The notes under the pieces: generated by a model | Database searches by the model: none | What the model was told of the DNA's origin: nothing | What the model saw: only the letters and a program-made list of their open reading frames with translations | Program-made: the position numbers and the translations under genes | Source: Prochlorococcus sp. AG-355-P18 | Lineage (GTDB): Bacteria; Cyanobacteriota; Cyanobacteriia; PCC-6307; Cyanobiaceae | Length of the DNA stretch: 64,000 nucleotides | Reading direction: 5' to 3' | Assembly: GCA_003280515.1 (NCBI GenBank) | Contig: QCER01000006.1 | Coordinates: 2,393-66,392, forward strand | Part shown: positions 54,226-64,000 of the stretch, piece by piece | Numbering within the stretch: the stretch's first letter is position 1 | Layout: each line of letters starts with the position of its first letter

Positions 54226-54849
54226 TTATGTTAATTCTCCCTCCAAAATCACTCTCCTAATTGTTGATAATGCAATTCCAGTTTGTGTTCTGATTGATCG
54301 ATATGAATATCCTTCATTGCGCAATCTGATTACTAAAGATTCTTTTAAAGGACTTATTTTGGGCCTGCCTCCCAAATTATTTCCAGATAATTTTCTGCGT
54401 AATAGTTGTTCTTTTTTTCTTTCACCTAAACTTTTGTCTTCTAAATTATCTAATTCATATAAAATCTTAAAAATTGAAGAATTTGCATTAGAAGATTCAT
54501 TAGCAGCAAAAAAACCAGTCAAAGTTCGCAATTGAATATTCTTATTAATAAGTTTATTTATTGTTATCAAACATTCTTTTTTATTTTTGAATGCTCGATC
54601 AAGCTGAGTTATTATTAATTGATCTCCTTTTGATAAGGAATTTATAGCTTTATTGAGTTGGGGTTTGATTTCTTCATCTAAACTTATAAATTCAGAGAAC
54701 ACTAAACTGCAACCCTCTTCCTTCAAAAATTTTATTTGCTCTTCTAAATATTCATATTCGTTATGAGTAGCTCTAGCATAACCTATTGCTTTAGAGTTTT
54801 TATTTTTTTCCGATAATAAAATACGCTTTCTTTTAAATTTAAAAGTCAA
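54226..54849 (-). CDS. Resolvase/invertase-family small serine recombinase homologue (catalytic Ser apparently replaced by Thr) with C-terminal HTH
   Basis: GYARAT, EQ...L..EGC..VFSE, KGDQLIITQLDRA, GGRP and HTH GYSYRSIRTQTGIALSTIRR. Confidence 0.85.
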   Translation of the reverse strand: MTFKFKRKRILLSEKNKNSKAIGYARATHNEYEYLEEQIKFLKEEGCSLVFSEFISLDEEIKPQLNKAINSLSKGDQLIITQLDRAFKNKKECLITINKLINKNIQLRTLTGFFAANESSNANSSIFKILYELDNLEDKSLGERKKEQLLRRKLSGNNLGGRPKISPLKESLVIRLRNEGYSYRSIRTQTGIALSTIRRVILEGELT

Positions 54850-54873
54850 TGTTTTATTACATATATTTTTTAC

Positions 54874-55038
54874 TGTATCAAAAAATAATTAAAAAAACAC
54901 TTTTTAGTACAAAATAAAGCATATATTATTGGTTTTTTAGCTAAATTTTTTAATCATTACGTTCTGATATCTGTATTAAAAATAACGTTATGAAATCTGA
55001 TTCAATTTTAGTTTATGAAACAAAAACGTTGTGTAAAT
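54874..55038. repeat. Array of imperfect repeats resembling resolvase res subsites
   Basis: TGTATCAAAAA...TTTTTAGTACA inverted pair; ACGTTCTGATATCTG (54959), ACGTTATGAAATCTG (54985), AGTTTATGAAAC (55010), ACGTTGTGTAAAT (55026). Confidence 0.5.
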
Positions 55039-55191
55039 AGTAACTTTAATTAAGATTTTCTAAATTGCAGAAGGATTAGTTGGATTCATTTATTTATTTA
55101 CTTCTGTTGAATGAGCTTCGTCTTTGAAATTATAAATAGTTAATTCATCTTGTTTTTAGTAAAATAAAATTACAGGTCAAGAAGATTTAAT

Positions 55192-56085
55192 GTGACTAAT
55201 AATCCTAATAGTTTAATTTCAAAACCTGAATGGTTAAGGGTCAAAGCTCCACAAATTGAGCGAATTGGTAATACTGCAAATTTATTAAATGATTTAAATC
55301 TCAATACCGTGTGTCAAGAAGCAAGCTGTCCAAATATCGGTGAATGTTTTGCTAGTGGAACTGCAACTTTCCTCATAATGGGTCCTGGTTGCACTAGGGC
55401 ATGTCCATATTGCGATATTGATTTTGATAGATCTAAGAGAGACTTAGACCCAACTGAACCATATCGTCTAGCCGAGGCTGTTTTTAGAATGAAGCTTAAG
55501 CATGTTGTAATTACATCAGTTAATAGAGACGATCTTGAGGATGGTGGCGCATCTCAATTTTTTCAATGTGTTCATCAAATAAGAGAAAAATCTCCTGAAA
55601 CTACTATTGAGCTTTTAATTCCTGATTTTTGTGGCAACTGGAAAGCTCTTGAAAAAGTTCTTGATTCAAATCCAAACGTTTTAAACCATAATATTGAGAC
55701 TGTGCCTTCGCTATATAAAAAAGTAAGACCTCAGGGTAAATATGAAAGAACTCTTGAGTTGCTTAAAAGAACCAGAGACTATTCTCCCAAAATTTATACA
55801 AAGTCAGGCTTCATGCTTGGTTTAGGGGAAAAAGATGAGGAGGTCGTAAGTCTGCTTAAGGATTTAAAAAGTAATTTCGTTGATATTGTTACTATCGGCC
55901 AATATTTATCTCCTGGCCCTAATCATTTACCTGTTAAAAGATTTGTAAGTCCTTCAAAATTTAATTACTTTAAAGTGTTCGGGGAAAAAGATTTAAACTT
56001 CATGCAAGTAATTAGTTCTCCTTTAACTCGTAGTAGCTACCATGCTGAAGAGATTCAAAAACTTATGAAAAAGTATCCAAGATAG
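55192..56085 (+). CDS. lipA: Lipoyl synthase
   Basis: [33 protein letters not shown]. Confidence 0.96.
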   Translation: MTNNPNSLISKPEWLRVKAPQIERIGNTANLLNDLNLNTVCQEASCPNIGECFASGTATFLIMGPGCTRACPYCDIDFDRSKRDLDPTEPYRLAEAVFRMKLKHVVITSVNRDDLEDGGASQFFQCVHQIREKSPETTIELLIPDFCGNWKALEKVLDSNPNVLNHNIETVPSLYKKVRPQGKYERTLELLKRTRDYSPKIYTKSGFMLGLGEKDEEVVSLLKDLKSNFVDIVTIGQYLSPGPNHLPVKRFVSPSKFNYFKVFGEKDLNFMQVISSPLTRSSYHAEEIQKLMKKYPR

Positions 56086-56091
56086 TTATAT

Positions 56092-56385
56092 TCATTTATT
56101 TGGATCTACCCACTCATTTAATTTCCATTCAACTAGATCATTTTTAATCATTGGATCATTCTTAATTATTTTTAGTGCATTTCTATAATTATTCATCTCA
56201 AGAATAAGTAATCCGCCATCACCTGGCCTATTTAACTCATCTACCAAAAAGCCACTTTTTATATTAATTCCCTCTTCTTTTAATTTTTTTACCCAATCAA
56301 TATGTTCGTTAATTATTTTTCGTTTTAAATCATTATTAATTAAGTAATCTTTTTTGATAATTTCAGTTTTTACAAAGAAAGGCAT
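56092..56385 (-). CDS. YciI family protein
   Basis: EHIDW, SGFL, GGLLI, DPMI; start abuts the gltB stop. Confidence 0.8.
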   Translation of the reverse strand: MPFFVKTEIIKKDYLINNDLKRKIINEHIDWVKKLKEEGINIKSGFLVDELNRPGDGGLLILEMNNYRNALKIIKNDPMIKNDLVEWKLNEWVDPNK

Positions 56386-59300
56386 TTACATTTTTTTTAT
56401 ATCAAGCATCTCTTCTTCGCTTGGAGGAACAATCAATTTGAAAGTACTCTTAAAATGAGACCAATTTTCAATTATTTTGGCAGCCTTTAAGCTATTTGTT
56501 TTCGCTTGATATTCTCTAATAATTTCCAATAAGATATTTTCCTGCTTTGATGAAGTTATTTGATGAATGCTTACTATTTCTTTATTTACTTTATTACTTA
56601 AATCATTATTTTCATCGATTATAAAAGCTATTCCACCAGTCATGCCCGCACCAATATTCCTTCCTGTGGAACCTAGAATAACTACTTTCCCACCAGTCAT
56701 GTATTCACAACAATGATCACCTGCTCCTTCTGTGACCGCTACAGCACCACTATTTCTAACCGCAAATCTTTCTCCCGATTTTCCTAATGCAAATAATTTC
56801 CCACCTGTTGCTCCATAAAGACAAGTATTTCCTAGGATGACTTGTTCGGAGGAGATTTCATTAATTTTTGGTGGAATTATTGTTAGTATTCCTCCATTCA
56901 TTCCTTTACAAACATAATCATTAGCTTCTCCGATTAATTGAACATTCATTCCCTTCAATAAAAAGGCACCAAAGCTTTGTCCTGCATATCCTTTGAAATT
57001 TAAGTTGAGTTCGCCATTGAAGCCCGTGTTGCCGTGAAGTTCTGCGATTTCGCCTGATATTTTCGCACAAACACTTCTATCTGTATTTTTTATCTCAATT
57101 TCTTTGGTTAATATTTTGTGATTTTTAATTGAATCTATAAATTTAGTATCAGACAAAAACTCGTCTTCTAATACAGAACCATTACTATGGGCAGTTTTTA
57201 AATGTTTTAACCATGATCTATCAGGGGTTGAGTGTTCATTTACTAAAGAAGAAAGATCAATATTAGAAGTTTTTGGAAGATCGATATTTCTTTCAGAAAG
57301 AAATTCTTGATTACCAATCAGTTCTTCCATATTAGAAACACCGATAGTACTCATTATCTGTCTTACTTCTTCAGCAATATACAAGAAAAAATTTACGACA
57401 TTTTCTGGAATACCTTTAAATCTTTTTCTTAACTCTTCTTTTTGAGTGGCAACTCCAACAGGACACTTGTTTGTATGACAAACCCGAGCCATTATGCATC
57501 CTTCAGCAATCATTGCTACAGAACCAAAACCGTATTCTTCAGCACCTAGTAAAGCTGCAATAACTACGTCCCAGCCTGTTTTAAGACCTCCATCAGTTCT
57601 CAAAATTACTCTTTCGCGTAAGTTATTCTCTAAGAGAGATTTATGAACCTCAGCAACACCAAGTTCCCATGGTAAACCTGCATGTTTAATAGAACTCAGG
57701 GGTGAAGCACCTGTACCTCCGTCATGGCCTGATATTTGAATTACATCTGCATTAGCTTTGCTTACTCCAGCAGCAATAGTGCCTATACCAATTTCAGAAA
57801 CAAGTTTAACGCTTACTTTAGCTTTTGGGTGAACTTGGTGTAAGTCGTGGATAAGTTGAGCTAAATCTTCAATTGAGTAAATATCATGATGCGGGGGAGG
57901 AGATATTAAAGCTACTCCAGGTTTACTATTTCTTAGTTTTGCGATGTAAGAATCAACTTTTGGACCAGGTAATTGTCCCCCCTCACCGGGTTTTGCACCT
58001 TGAGCCATTTTAATTTCGAGTTGTTTACCACTTCTTAGATATTCAGGTGTAACTCCAAATCTTCCTGATGCTATTTGTTTAATAGCGGAGCATGCTGTGT
58101 CTCCATTCTTTAAGCCTTTAATAAATGGCAACGTCCCTGACTGAGTATTTTCATCGATATCATTTAAAACATTAAAACGAGCTGGATCTTCTCCCCCTTC
58201 TCCACTATTACTTTTTCCACCAATTCTATTCATTGCAACTGCTAAAACTTCATGCGCTTCTCTGGATAAAGCACCTAAACTCATTCCTCCAGTACAGAAC
58301 CTTTTGCAAATTGATTCAACACTTTCAACTTCCTCTAATGGAATACTTTTTCTTTTTGAATTAATTGTTAGTAAATCTCTAAGAGATGTTGTGGGTCTAT
58401 TACTAATAAGTTTTTTGTAAGTTTCAAAATGATCGTACCCTGGACCTTGTTTTACCGCCGAATGTAAAACTTTGGACATCTCTGGGTTATTGGAATGATA
58501 TTCTCCATTATTTCTAAATTGTACAAATCCTAAAAATTCTAATTTCTTTAGATCGATCTCTGGATAGGCTTTCGTATGTATTGAAAGTGTTTCATTAGTT
58601 AATTCTTTTAATGTTATGCCAGCGATACGACTTGTTGTACCATCAAAAGCAATTTTTATTAAGTCAGATCCAAGGCCTACAGCTTCAAAAATTTGTGCAC
58701 CATGGTAACTAGATAAAAGTGAGATGCCTATTTTTGAGAGAATTTTTCTTAGACCGTCTTCTAGAGCTTTTTTAATATTTTCTTGAACATCAACTATTGA
58801 TAATGGATTGATTTTTTTGCTATCAATGAGTTTTTGTGTTTTTGGATGTTTTAACCAGTGTCTACCTGCTTCGAAGGTCAACCAAGGGCAAACTGCACTT
58901 GCTCCATATCCAATTAAACAAGCTAAGTGATGTGTGCTCCAACATTGACCGGTCTCAATTATTAGAGAAGCTTTGAGCCTGATTTCTTTTTTAAGAAGAT
59001 AATGATGAATTGCTCCAACAGCCAGTAAAGGAGGTATGAAAGTCTTTTTAGGATTAATTCCCTTATCAGAAATGATAATTAAAGAGCAACCTTCTTTTAT
59101 AGAAAGCTCACTCTGTTTACAGATTAGTTTTAATTGGTTCTCTAAGCCTTTAATACCTTCCTCTAAATCAAACAAACTTGAAATTGTCTGAGATTTAATT
59201 GTTGATTTTTTGAGGGAAATGAGTTCTTCCTCATTTAGAATCGGACTTTGTAAATGAATAAAAGGTTTAGCATCTTTAATTTCAAATGGTGTACATCTCT

Positions 59301-60957
59301 CTCCTAAATGCATCTCTAAACTCATTACAAGTTTTTCTCTCAGAGGGTCAATAGGAGGATTAGTAACTTGCGCAAATCTTTGCTTAAAGTAGTCGTATAA
59401 AATATGTGGCTTAGATGAAAGAACTGCTAATGGAATGTCGTCTCCCATGCAATAAGTAGGCTCTTTAGCTAATGAAGCCATTGAATCTAAGATAAGGTCA
59501 TTATCTTCCGCTGAAAAACCGTATGCTGTTTGTTGTTGCAACAACTCAAGGTCTTTTAGTTTGCAGTTTTTAACCCATTCATTATTTTTAATTTTTATAG
59601 TTCTATTACTGAGAAGATTTTTATAATCATGCCTTTGAGCGGCTTCAGATTTTACTTCCCAATTCCTTAGTATTTTATTCTGATGAAAATCAACTGCCAA
59701 CATTTGTCCCGGTCCTAATCGACCTTTTTCTATTACTCTTTCTTCTTCAAGATCTACTACTCCTGTTTCAGAACCCATTATTACAAAACCATCATTTGTG
59801 ATTGAATATCTTGCTGGTCTTAGGCCATTTCTATCAAGCGTTGCTCCGACAAAATTTCCATCAGCAAATACAAGGAGTGCAGGACCATCCCAAGCTTCTT
59901 GTAGGCTTGCAGAATATTCATAAAAAGCTTTTATATACTCTCTCTCCTCAAGTTCTGGTTGATCTCTAAATGCTTCAGGAACAAGTTTTAATAGTGAGTC
60001 AGTAATGGGCTGACCTGAACGAATATTGATTTCAAGGGTTGCATCGAGATTTGATGAATCACTTTTGTTTACATCTACAATGGGCTTAATTTCATTAGAT
60101 AAATCTCCCCAAAAATCATCTATATGTGTTTCTGAAGCTTTAGCCCAATTAATATTGCCTAAGAGAGTATTTATTTCGCCATTATGACCCAAAAATCTCA
60201 TGGGCTGAGCTAGTGGCCATTTTGGAAGTGTATTAGTACTAAATCTACGATGATAAACAGAAAATGAAACTTTAAAACTCTCTTCTTTAAGATCTTGATA
60301 AAACTCGGATAATATTTCAGAACGAACCATACCTTTATAAACAACTGTTTGAGAACTTAGTGAGGCAAAATAAAATTCACAATCCCCAACATCGTTTTTG
60401 AAGGTTTCTCTTATTTTTTTCTCAATTCTTTTCCTTAACTGAAATAAAAGTCTTTCAACATCCTTATGATCTTTTTTATCTATATATAAAATCCACTGAC
60501 AGATGAATGGAGCATTTGCTTTAGCTAAAGGACCTAAGATTTCATTATTAACGGGTACTGTTCTCCAAGATGTTTTGTTGACTTTTAATTTTTCTGCTTC
60601 TTCATCACATGTTGATTTACATACATCAATTTTTTCTTTTTTATTAGGCATAAAAACCATGCCTAAACCTCTATTAAATTCTTGAGTATTTTTTTGATTA
60701 ATTTTCTCTTCTAGATATCCCCATGGAATTGAACATAAAATGCCTGCTCCATCTCCTGAATCACTATCTCCTCCACAACCTCCTCTATGCTCCATGCAGT
60801 TGAGTCCCTTTAGAGATTGTTTAAGGATCCAGTTGCTTTCTATACCTTCAACATTTGCTACGAAACCAACTCCACACGCATCTTTCTCCCCAATTATTCC
60901 ATTTGGGGAATAACTATCTTGATATGGGCCAACGATTCTTTTGATACTCTCTCCCAT
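56386..60957 (-). CDS. gltB: Ferredoxin-dependent glutamate synthase (GlsF/GltB)
   Basis: EKDACGVGF (Ntn Cys), HRRFSTNT, SNSGEGGED, AQGAKPGEGGQL, CIMARVCHTNKCPVG [3Fe-4S]. Confidence 0.97.
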   Translation of the reverse strand: MGESIKRIVGPYQDSYSPNGIIGEKDACGVGFVANVEGIESNWILKQSLKGLNCMEHRGGCGGDSDSGDGAGILCSIPWGYLEEKINQKNTQEFNRGLGMVFMPNKKEKIDVCKSTCDEEAEKLKVNKTSWRTVPVNNEILGPLAKANAPFICQWILYIDKKDHKDVERLLFQLRKRIEKKIRETFKNDVGDCEFYFASLSSQTVVYKGMVRSEILSEFYQDLKEESFKVSFSVYHRRFSTNTLPKWPLAQPMRFLGHNGEINTLLGNINWAKASETHIDDFWGDLSNEIKPIVDVNKSDSSNLDATLEINIRSGQPITDSLLKLVPEAFRDQPELEEREYIKAFYEYSASLQEAWDGPALLVFADGNFVGATLDRNGLRPARYSITNDGFVIMGSETGVVDLEEERVIEKGRLGPGQMLAVDFHQNKILRNWEVKSEAAQRHDYKNLLSNRTIKIKNNEWVKNCKLKDLELLQQQTAYGFSAEDNDLILDSMASLAKEPTYCMGDDIPLAVLSSKPHILYDYFKQRFAQVTNPPIDPLREKLVMSLEMHLGERCTPFEIKDAKPFIHLQSPILNEEELISLKKSTIKSQTISSLFDLEEGIKGLENQLKLICKQSELSIKEGCSLIIISDKGINPKKTFIPPLLAVGAIHHYLLKKEIRLKASLIIETGQCWSTHHLACLIGYGASAVCPWLTFEAGRHWLKHPKTQKLIDSKKINPLSIVDVQENIKKALEDGLRKILSKIGISLLSSYHGAQIFEAVGLGSDLIKIAFDGTTSRIAGITLKELTNETLSIHTKAYPEIDLKKLEFLGFVQFRNNGEYHSNNPEMSKVLHSAVKQGPGYDHFETYKKLISNRPTTSLRDLLTINSKRKSIPLEEVESVESICKRFCTGGMSLGALSREAHEVLAVAMNRIGGKSNSGEGGEDPARFNVLNDIDENTQSGTLPFIKGLKNGDTACSAIKQIASGRFGVTPEYLRSGKQLEIKMAQGAKPGEGGQLPGPKVDSYIAKLRNSKPGVALISPPPHHDIYSIEDLAQLIHDLHQVHPKAKVSVKLVSEIGIGTIAAGVSKANADVIQISGHDGGTGASPLSSIKHAGLPWELGVAEVHKSLLENNLRERVILRTDGGLKTGWDVVIAALLGAEEYGFGSVAMIAEGCIMARVCHTNKCPVGVATQKEELRKRFKGIPENVVNFFLYIAEEVRQIMSTIGVSNMEELIGNQEFLSERNIDLPKTSNIDLSSLVNEHSTPDRSWLKHLKTAHSNGSVLEDEFLSDTKFIDSIKNHKILTKEIEIKNTDRSVCAKISGEIAELHGNTGFNGELNLNFKGYAGQSFGAFLLKGMNVQLIGEANDYVCKGMNGGILTIIPPKINEISSEQVILGNTCLYGATGGKLFALGKSGERFAVRNSGAVAVTEGAGDHCCEYMTGGKVVILGSTGRNIGAGMTGGIAFIIDENNDLSNKVNKEIVSIHQITSSKQENILLEIIREYQAKTNSLKAAKIIENWSHFKSTFKLIVPPSEEEMLDIKKM

Positions 60958-61153
60958 GGATTATTTAATTCTATTTAGTTATTTATGTATTTCTATTATA
61001 AAAATAAATATGAAAATAAATCTAAAGATAATGAATATTTACCAAATAATTTTAATTTGACAAATTTTAAAAAAATTATAATTAAAAACTTTTAGTTAGT
61101 GCTCTTAAAAGGTTATGATGGTTTAATGTTTATTTTTATCTAAGTTTTAATAG

Positions 61154-61528
61154 ATGCCCACCATCTCACAATTAGTAGGTTCAGAAAGAAAACGTCTGAC
61201 AAAGAAAACAAAATCTCCTGCATTAAAAGCTTGCCCTGAGAGAAGAGGGGTATGCACAAGAGTCTATACATCAACACCAAAGAAGCCTAATTCAGCTTTG
61301 AGAAAAGTTGCTAGGGTTAGATTAACTTCTGGTTTCGAAGTAACTGCTTATATTCCTGGGATTGGACATAATTTGCAAGAACATTCTGTAGTGCTGCTTA
61401 GGGGGGGAAGAGTAAAGGATTTGCCAGGAGTTAGATATCATATAATAAGAGGAACTTTAGATACGGCTGGAGTCAAAGATAGACGTCAATCCAGATCTAA
61501 GTATGGAGCAAAAGCTCCAAAAGATTAA
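61154..61528 (+). CDS. rpsL: 30S ribosomal protein S12
   Basis: [30 protein letters not shown]. Confidence 0.99.
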   Translation: MPTISQLVGSERKRLTKKTKSPALKACPERRGVCTRVYTSTPKKPNSALRKVARVRLTSGFEVTAYIPGIGHNLQEHSVVLLRGGRVKDLPGVRYHIIRGTLDTAGVKDRRQSRSKYGAKAPKD

Positions 61529-61553
61529 TTAGTAAACATCACTTTTTTTAAAC

Positions 61554-62024
61554 ATGTCACGTCGTAATGCAGCAGTAAAAAGACCAGTCCTTCCTGATCC
61601 TCAATTTAATAGTCGTCTTGCCTCAATGATGATTTCTCGATTGATGAAGCATGGTAAAAAATCTACAGCTCAAAGAATATTGTCTGATGCGTTTTCTTTA
61701 ATAAGCGAGAGAACAGGAGGGAATGCAGTGGAATTATTCGAAACAGCTGTAAAAAATGCTACTCCTCTTGTCGAGGTACGAGCTAGAAGAGTTGGTGGTG
61801 CAACATATCAGGTACCTATGGAAGTTCGCCAAGAGAGGGGTACAGCTATGGCATTAAGATGGCTTGTTACATTCTCACGAGCAAGAAATGGCAAGAGTAT
61901 GTCCCAAAAACTCGCTGGCGAATTGATGGATGCAGCAAATGAAACTGGTAGTGCCGTTAAAAAAAGAGAAGATACTCATAAAATGGCAGAAGCTAATAAG
62001 GCTTTTGCACATTACAGATATTAA
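61554..62024 (+). CDS. rpsG: 30S ribosomal protein S7
   Basis: [34 protein letters not shown]. Confidence 0.99.
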   Translation: MSRRNAAVKRPVLPDPQFNSRLASMMISRLMKHGKKSTAQRILSDAFSLISERTGGNAVELFETAVKNATPLVEVRARRVGGATYQVPMEVRQERGTAMALRWLVTFSRARNGKSMSQKLAGELMDAANETGSAVKKREDTHKMAEANKAFAHYRY

Positions 62025-62121
62025 TTTCATCAAAAGTTACTTAAGTAGTTTATTATAATTAAAGTTTGCTTTTAGGGTGAACTACACTTATCAAAAATTA
62101 TTTTTATTTGGAGCTTTAAAA

Positions 62122-64000
62122 TTGGCACGCGACTTTCCCCTAGAACGAGTAAGGAACATAGGTATAGCCGCTCATATTGATGCAGGTAAGACAACAACTA
62201 CTGAAAGAATTTTGTTTTATTCAGGTGTAGTTCATAAGATAGGAGAGGTTCATGATGGTGCCGCTGTAACCGATTGGATGGCTCAAGAAAGAGAAAGAGG
62301 AATAACTATTACTGCTGCTGCAATATCTACCAGTTGGCAAGATCATAGGATTAATATTATTGATACTCCTGGACACGTTGATTTTACTATTGAAGTTGAA
62401 AGATCAATGCGTGTGTTGGATGGGGTTATAGCTGTATTTTGCGCAGTTGGTGGAGTTCAGCCTCAATCCGAAACGGTTTGGCGTCAAGCAGATAGATACT
62501 CTGTTCCAAGGATGGTCTTTGTCAATAAAATGGATAGAACTGGTGCAGATTTTTTAAAGGTTAATAAGCAAATTAAAGATCGACTAAAGGCAAATGCACT
62601 TCCAATCCAGTTACCTATTGGGGCTGAAGGTGATCTCACAGGAATTATTGATTTAGTAGCCAACAAAGCATATCTTTACAAAAACGATTTAGGTACTGAT
62701 ATTGAAGAAGCACCAATACCTTCTGACATGGAGGAGGAAGCTGCTGAGTGGAGATTTAAGCTAATGGAAAGTGTTGCAGAAAATGATGAAGAGTTAATAG
62801 AAATATTTCTCGAAACAGGAGAATTATCTGAAGAACAACTTAAAAAAGGTATCAGAGAAGGGGTTTTAAAACATGGATTGGTTCCAGTACTATGCGGTTC
62901 AGCTTTTAAGAATAAAGGTGTCCAACTAGTTTTAGACGCTGTAGTTGATTATTTGCCAGCTCCAGTTGATGTAAAACCAATACAAGGTGTTTTGCCAAGT
63001 GGTAAAGAAGATATTAGACCTTCAGATGATAATGCTCCCTTCAGTGCATTAGCTTTCAAAGTGATGTCAGATCCCTATGGAAAACTAACTTTTGTAAGAA
63101 TGTATTCAGGTGTTCTTTCAAAAGGAAGTTATGTAATGAATTCTACTAAAGATGCTAAAGAGAGAATCTCTAGATTAGTGATTCTTAAGGCTGATGAAAG
63201 AGAGGAAGTTGATGAATTGAGGGCTGGGGATTTAGGAGCTGTATTAGGCCTCAAGAACACAACCACCGGCGACACTTTGTGTAACACAGAAGATCCAATA
63301 GTTTTGGAGACATTGTTTATCCCTGAACCAGTCATCTCTGTTGCTGTCGAGCCAAAAACTAAAGGCGATATGGAAAAATTATCAAAAGCTTTAACAGCTT
63401 TATCTGAAGAGGATCCAACCTTTAGGGTAAGCACAGATCCTGAGACAAATCAAACTGTTATTGCAGGTATGGGTGAGTTGCACTTAGAAATCCTTGTTGA
63501 CAGAATGCTAAGGGAATTTAAAGTTGAAGCAAATATAGGAGCTCCTCAGGTATCTTATAGAGAAACCATTAGGTCTAGTTCAAAAGGTGAAGGTAAATAT
63601 GCAAGACAGACTGGAGGAAAAGGTCAATATGGCCATGTAATTATTGAAATGGAACCTGCTGAAGTAGGAAAAGGTTTTGAATTTGTAAACAAAATTGTTG
63701 GTGGAGCTGTGCCAAAAGAGTATATTGGTCCTGCATCTAATGGAATGAAAGAAACCTGTGAATCTGGTGTTCTTGCCGGTTATCCACTCATTGATGTAAA
63801 AGTAACACTAGTCGATGGTTCATTCCACGATGTAGACTCATCTGAAATGGCCTTCAAAATTGCAGGTTCTATGGCTTTTAAAGACGGGGTTAAAAAATGC
63901 AACCCTGTCCTGTTAGAGCCTATGATGAAAGTCGAGGTCGAAAGTCCTGATGATTTTCTTGGATCTGTAATTGGTGATCTCTCTTCTAGAAGAGGTCAAG
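62122..64000 (+). CDS. fusA: Elongation factor G, 3'-truncated by window edge
   Basis: TTG start after GGAG SD: [53 protein letters not shown]. Confidence 0.97.
   Translation, partial: MARDFPLERVRNIGIAAHIDAGKTTTTERILFYSGVVHKIGEVHDGAAVTDWMAQERERGITITAAAISTSWQDHRINIIDTPGHVDFTIEVERSMRVLDGVIAVFCAVGGVQPQSETVWRQADRYSVPRMVFVNKMDRTGADFLKVNKQIKDRLKANALPIQLPIGAEGDLTGIIDLVANKAYLYKNDLGTDIEEAPIPSDMEEEAAEWRFKLMESVAENDEELIEIFLETGELSEEQLKKGIREGVLKHGLVPVLCGSAFKNKGVQLVLDAVVDYLPAPVDVKPIQGVLPSGKEDIRPSDDNAPFSALAFKVMSDPYGKLTFVRMYSGVLSKGSYVMNSTKDAKERISRLVILKADEREEVDELRAGDLGAVLGLKNTTTGDTLCNTEDPIVLETLFIPEPVISVAVEPKTKGDMEKLSKALTALSEEDPTFRVSTDPETNQTVIAGMGELHLEILVDRMLREFKVEANIGAPQVSYRETIRSSSKGEGKYARQTGGKGQYGHVIIEMEPAEVGKGFEFVNKIVGGAVPKEYIGPASNGMKETCESGVLAGYPLIDVKVTLVDGSFHDVDSSEMAFKIAGSMAFKDGVKKCNPVLLEPMMKVEVESPDDFLGSVIGDLSSRRGQ

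Noticed and set aside
54226-55190. Active transposon or invertible element around the resolvase-like gene
   Set aside because: No transposase, terminal inverted repeats, target duplications or second distant recombination site seen; catalytic motif is degenerate
55040-55190. Short minus-strand reading frames (KQDELTIYNFKDEAHSTEVNK*, MNPTNPSAI*) upstream of lipA
   Set aside because: No start codon, or too short; no supporting motif
60958-61153. NtcA site upstream of glutamate synthase
   Set aside because: No GTA-N8-TAC match found in the spacer
822-63434. Many 60-100 aa ORFs in the track that overlap real genes antisense or out of frame (e.g. 1185-1430, 3110-3319, 14174-14440, 24937-25176, 32144-32392, 44186-44470, 52097-52366, 62484-62666, 63129-63434)
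   Set aside because: They lie within well-conserved genes, have no recognisable motifs, and are the expected shadow ORFs of codon bias
1-64000. CRISPR arrays, rRNA genes, prophage or defence islands
   Set aside because: No regularly spaced repeat-spacer arrays, rRNA-like sequence or phage genes seen; nearly all of the window is accounted for by core genes

Overview
AT-rich (roughly 30% GC by eye), gene-dense core-genome region of a marine picocyanobacterium. Gene order, codon bias and the PsaA/PsaL/L36 sequences point to a high-light Prochlorococcus. Gene order: mrp(3' end)-rodA-His kinase, psaD, trpE-gshA-ppc-GNAT, tRNA-Arg(CCG), recF-speD, larE, duplicated-domain cobO, moeB, curT-like, crtD-like, tyrA, a DinG-like pseudo-helicase, recA with a LexA box, tRNA-Gln, ldpA, ndhN, the large ribosomal protein cluster (rplC to prfA), HNH nuclease, alr, tRNA-Ser(GCU), cbiG-cobJ, psaAB, GT2, psaI-psaL, NlpC/P60 plus serine hydrolase, a resolvase-like gene, lipA, yciI, Fd-GOGAT, and rpsL-rpsG-fusA(partial). 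The ORF track missed rpmJ, psaI, fusA and the N-terminus of recF. I found no CRISPR array, IS element, prophage or genomic island. The most notable observations are: (1) a small serine-recombinase homologue with Thr in place of the catalytic Ser, an intact HTH, an upstream array of res-like repeats and a coupled acidic 69-aa ORF, possibly a domesticated regulatory module; (2) recF has an intact N-terminus with Walker A but no ATG/GTG/TTG start, implying ATT initiation, slippage on an A8T7 run, or an indel; (3) a zinc-ligand-free L36 at the canonical locus; (4) a structured, attenuator-like rplC leader; (5) two head-to-head gene pairs whose start codons are only 3-4 bp apart.
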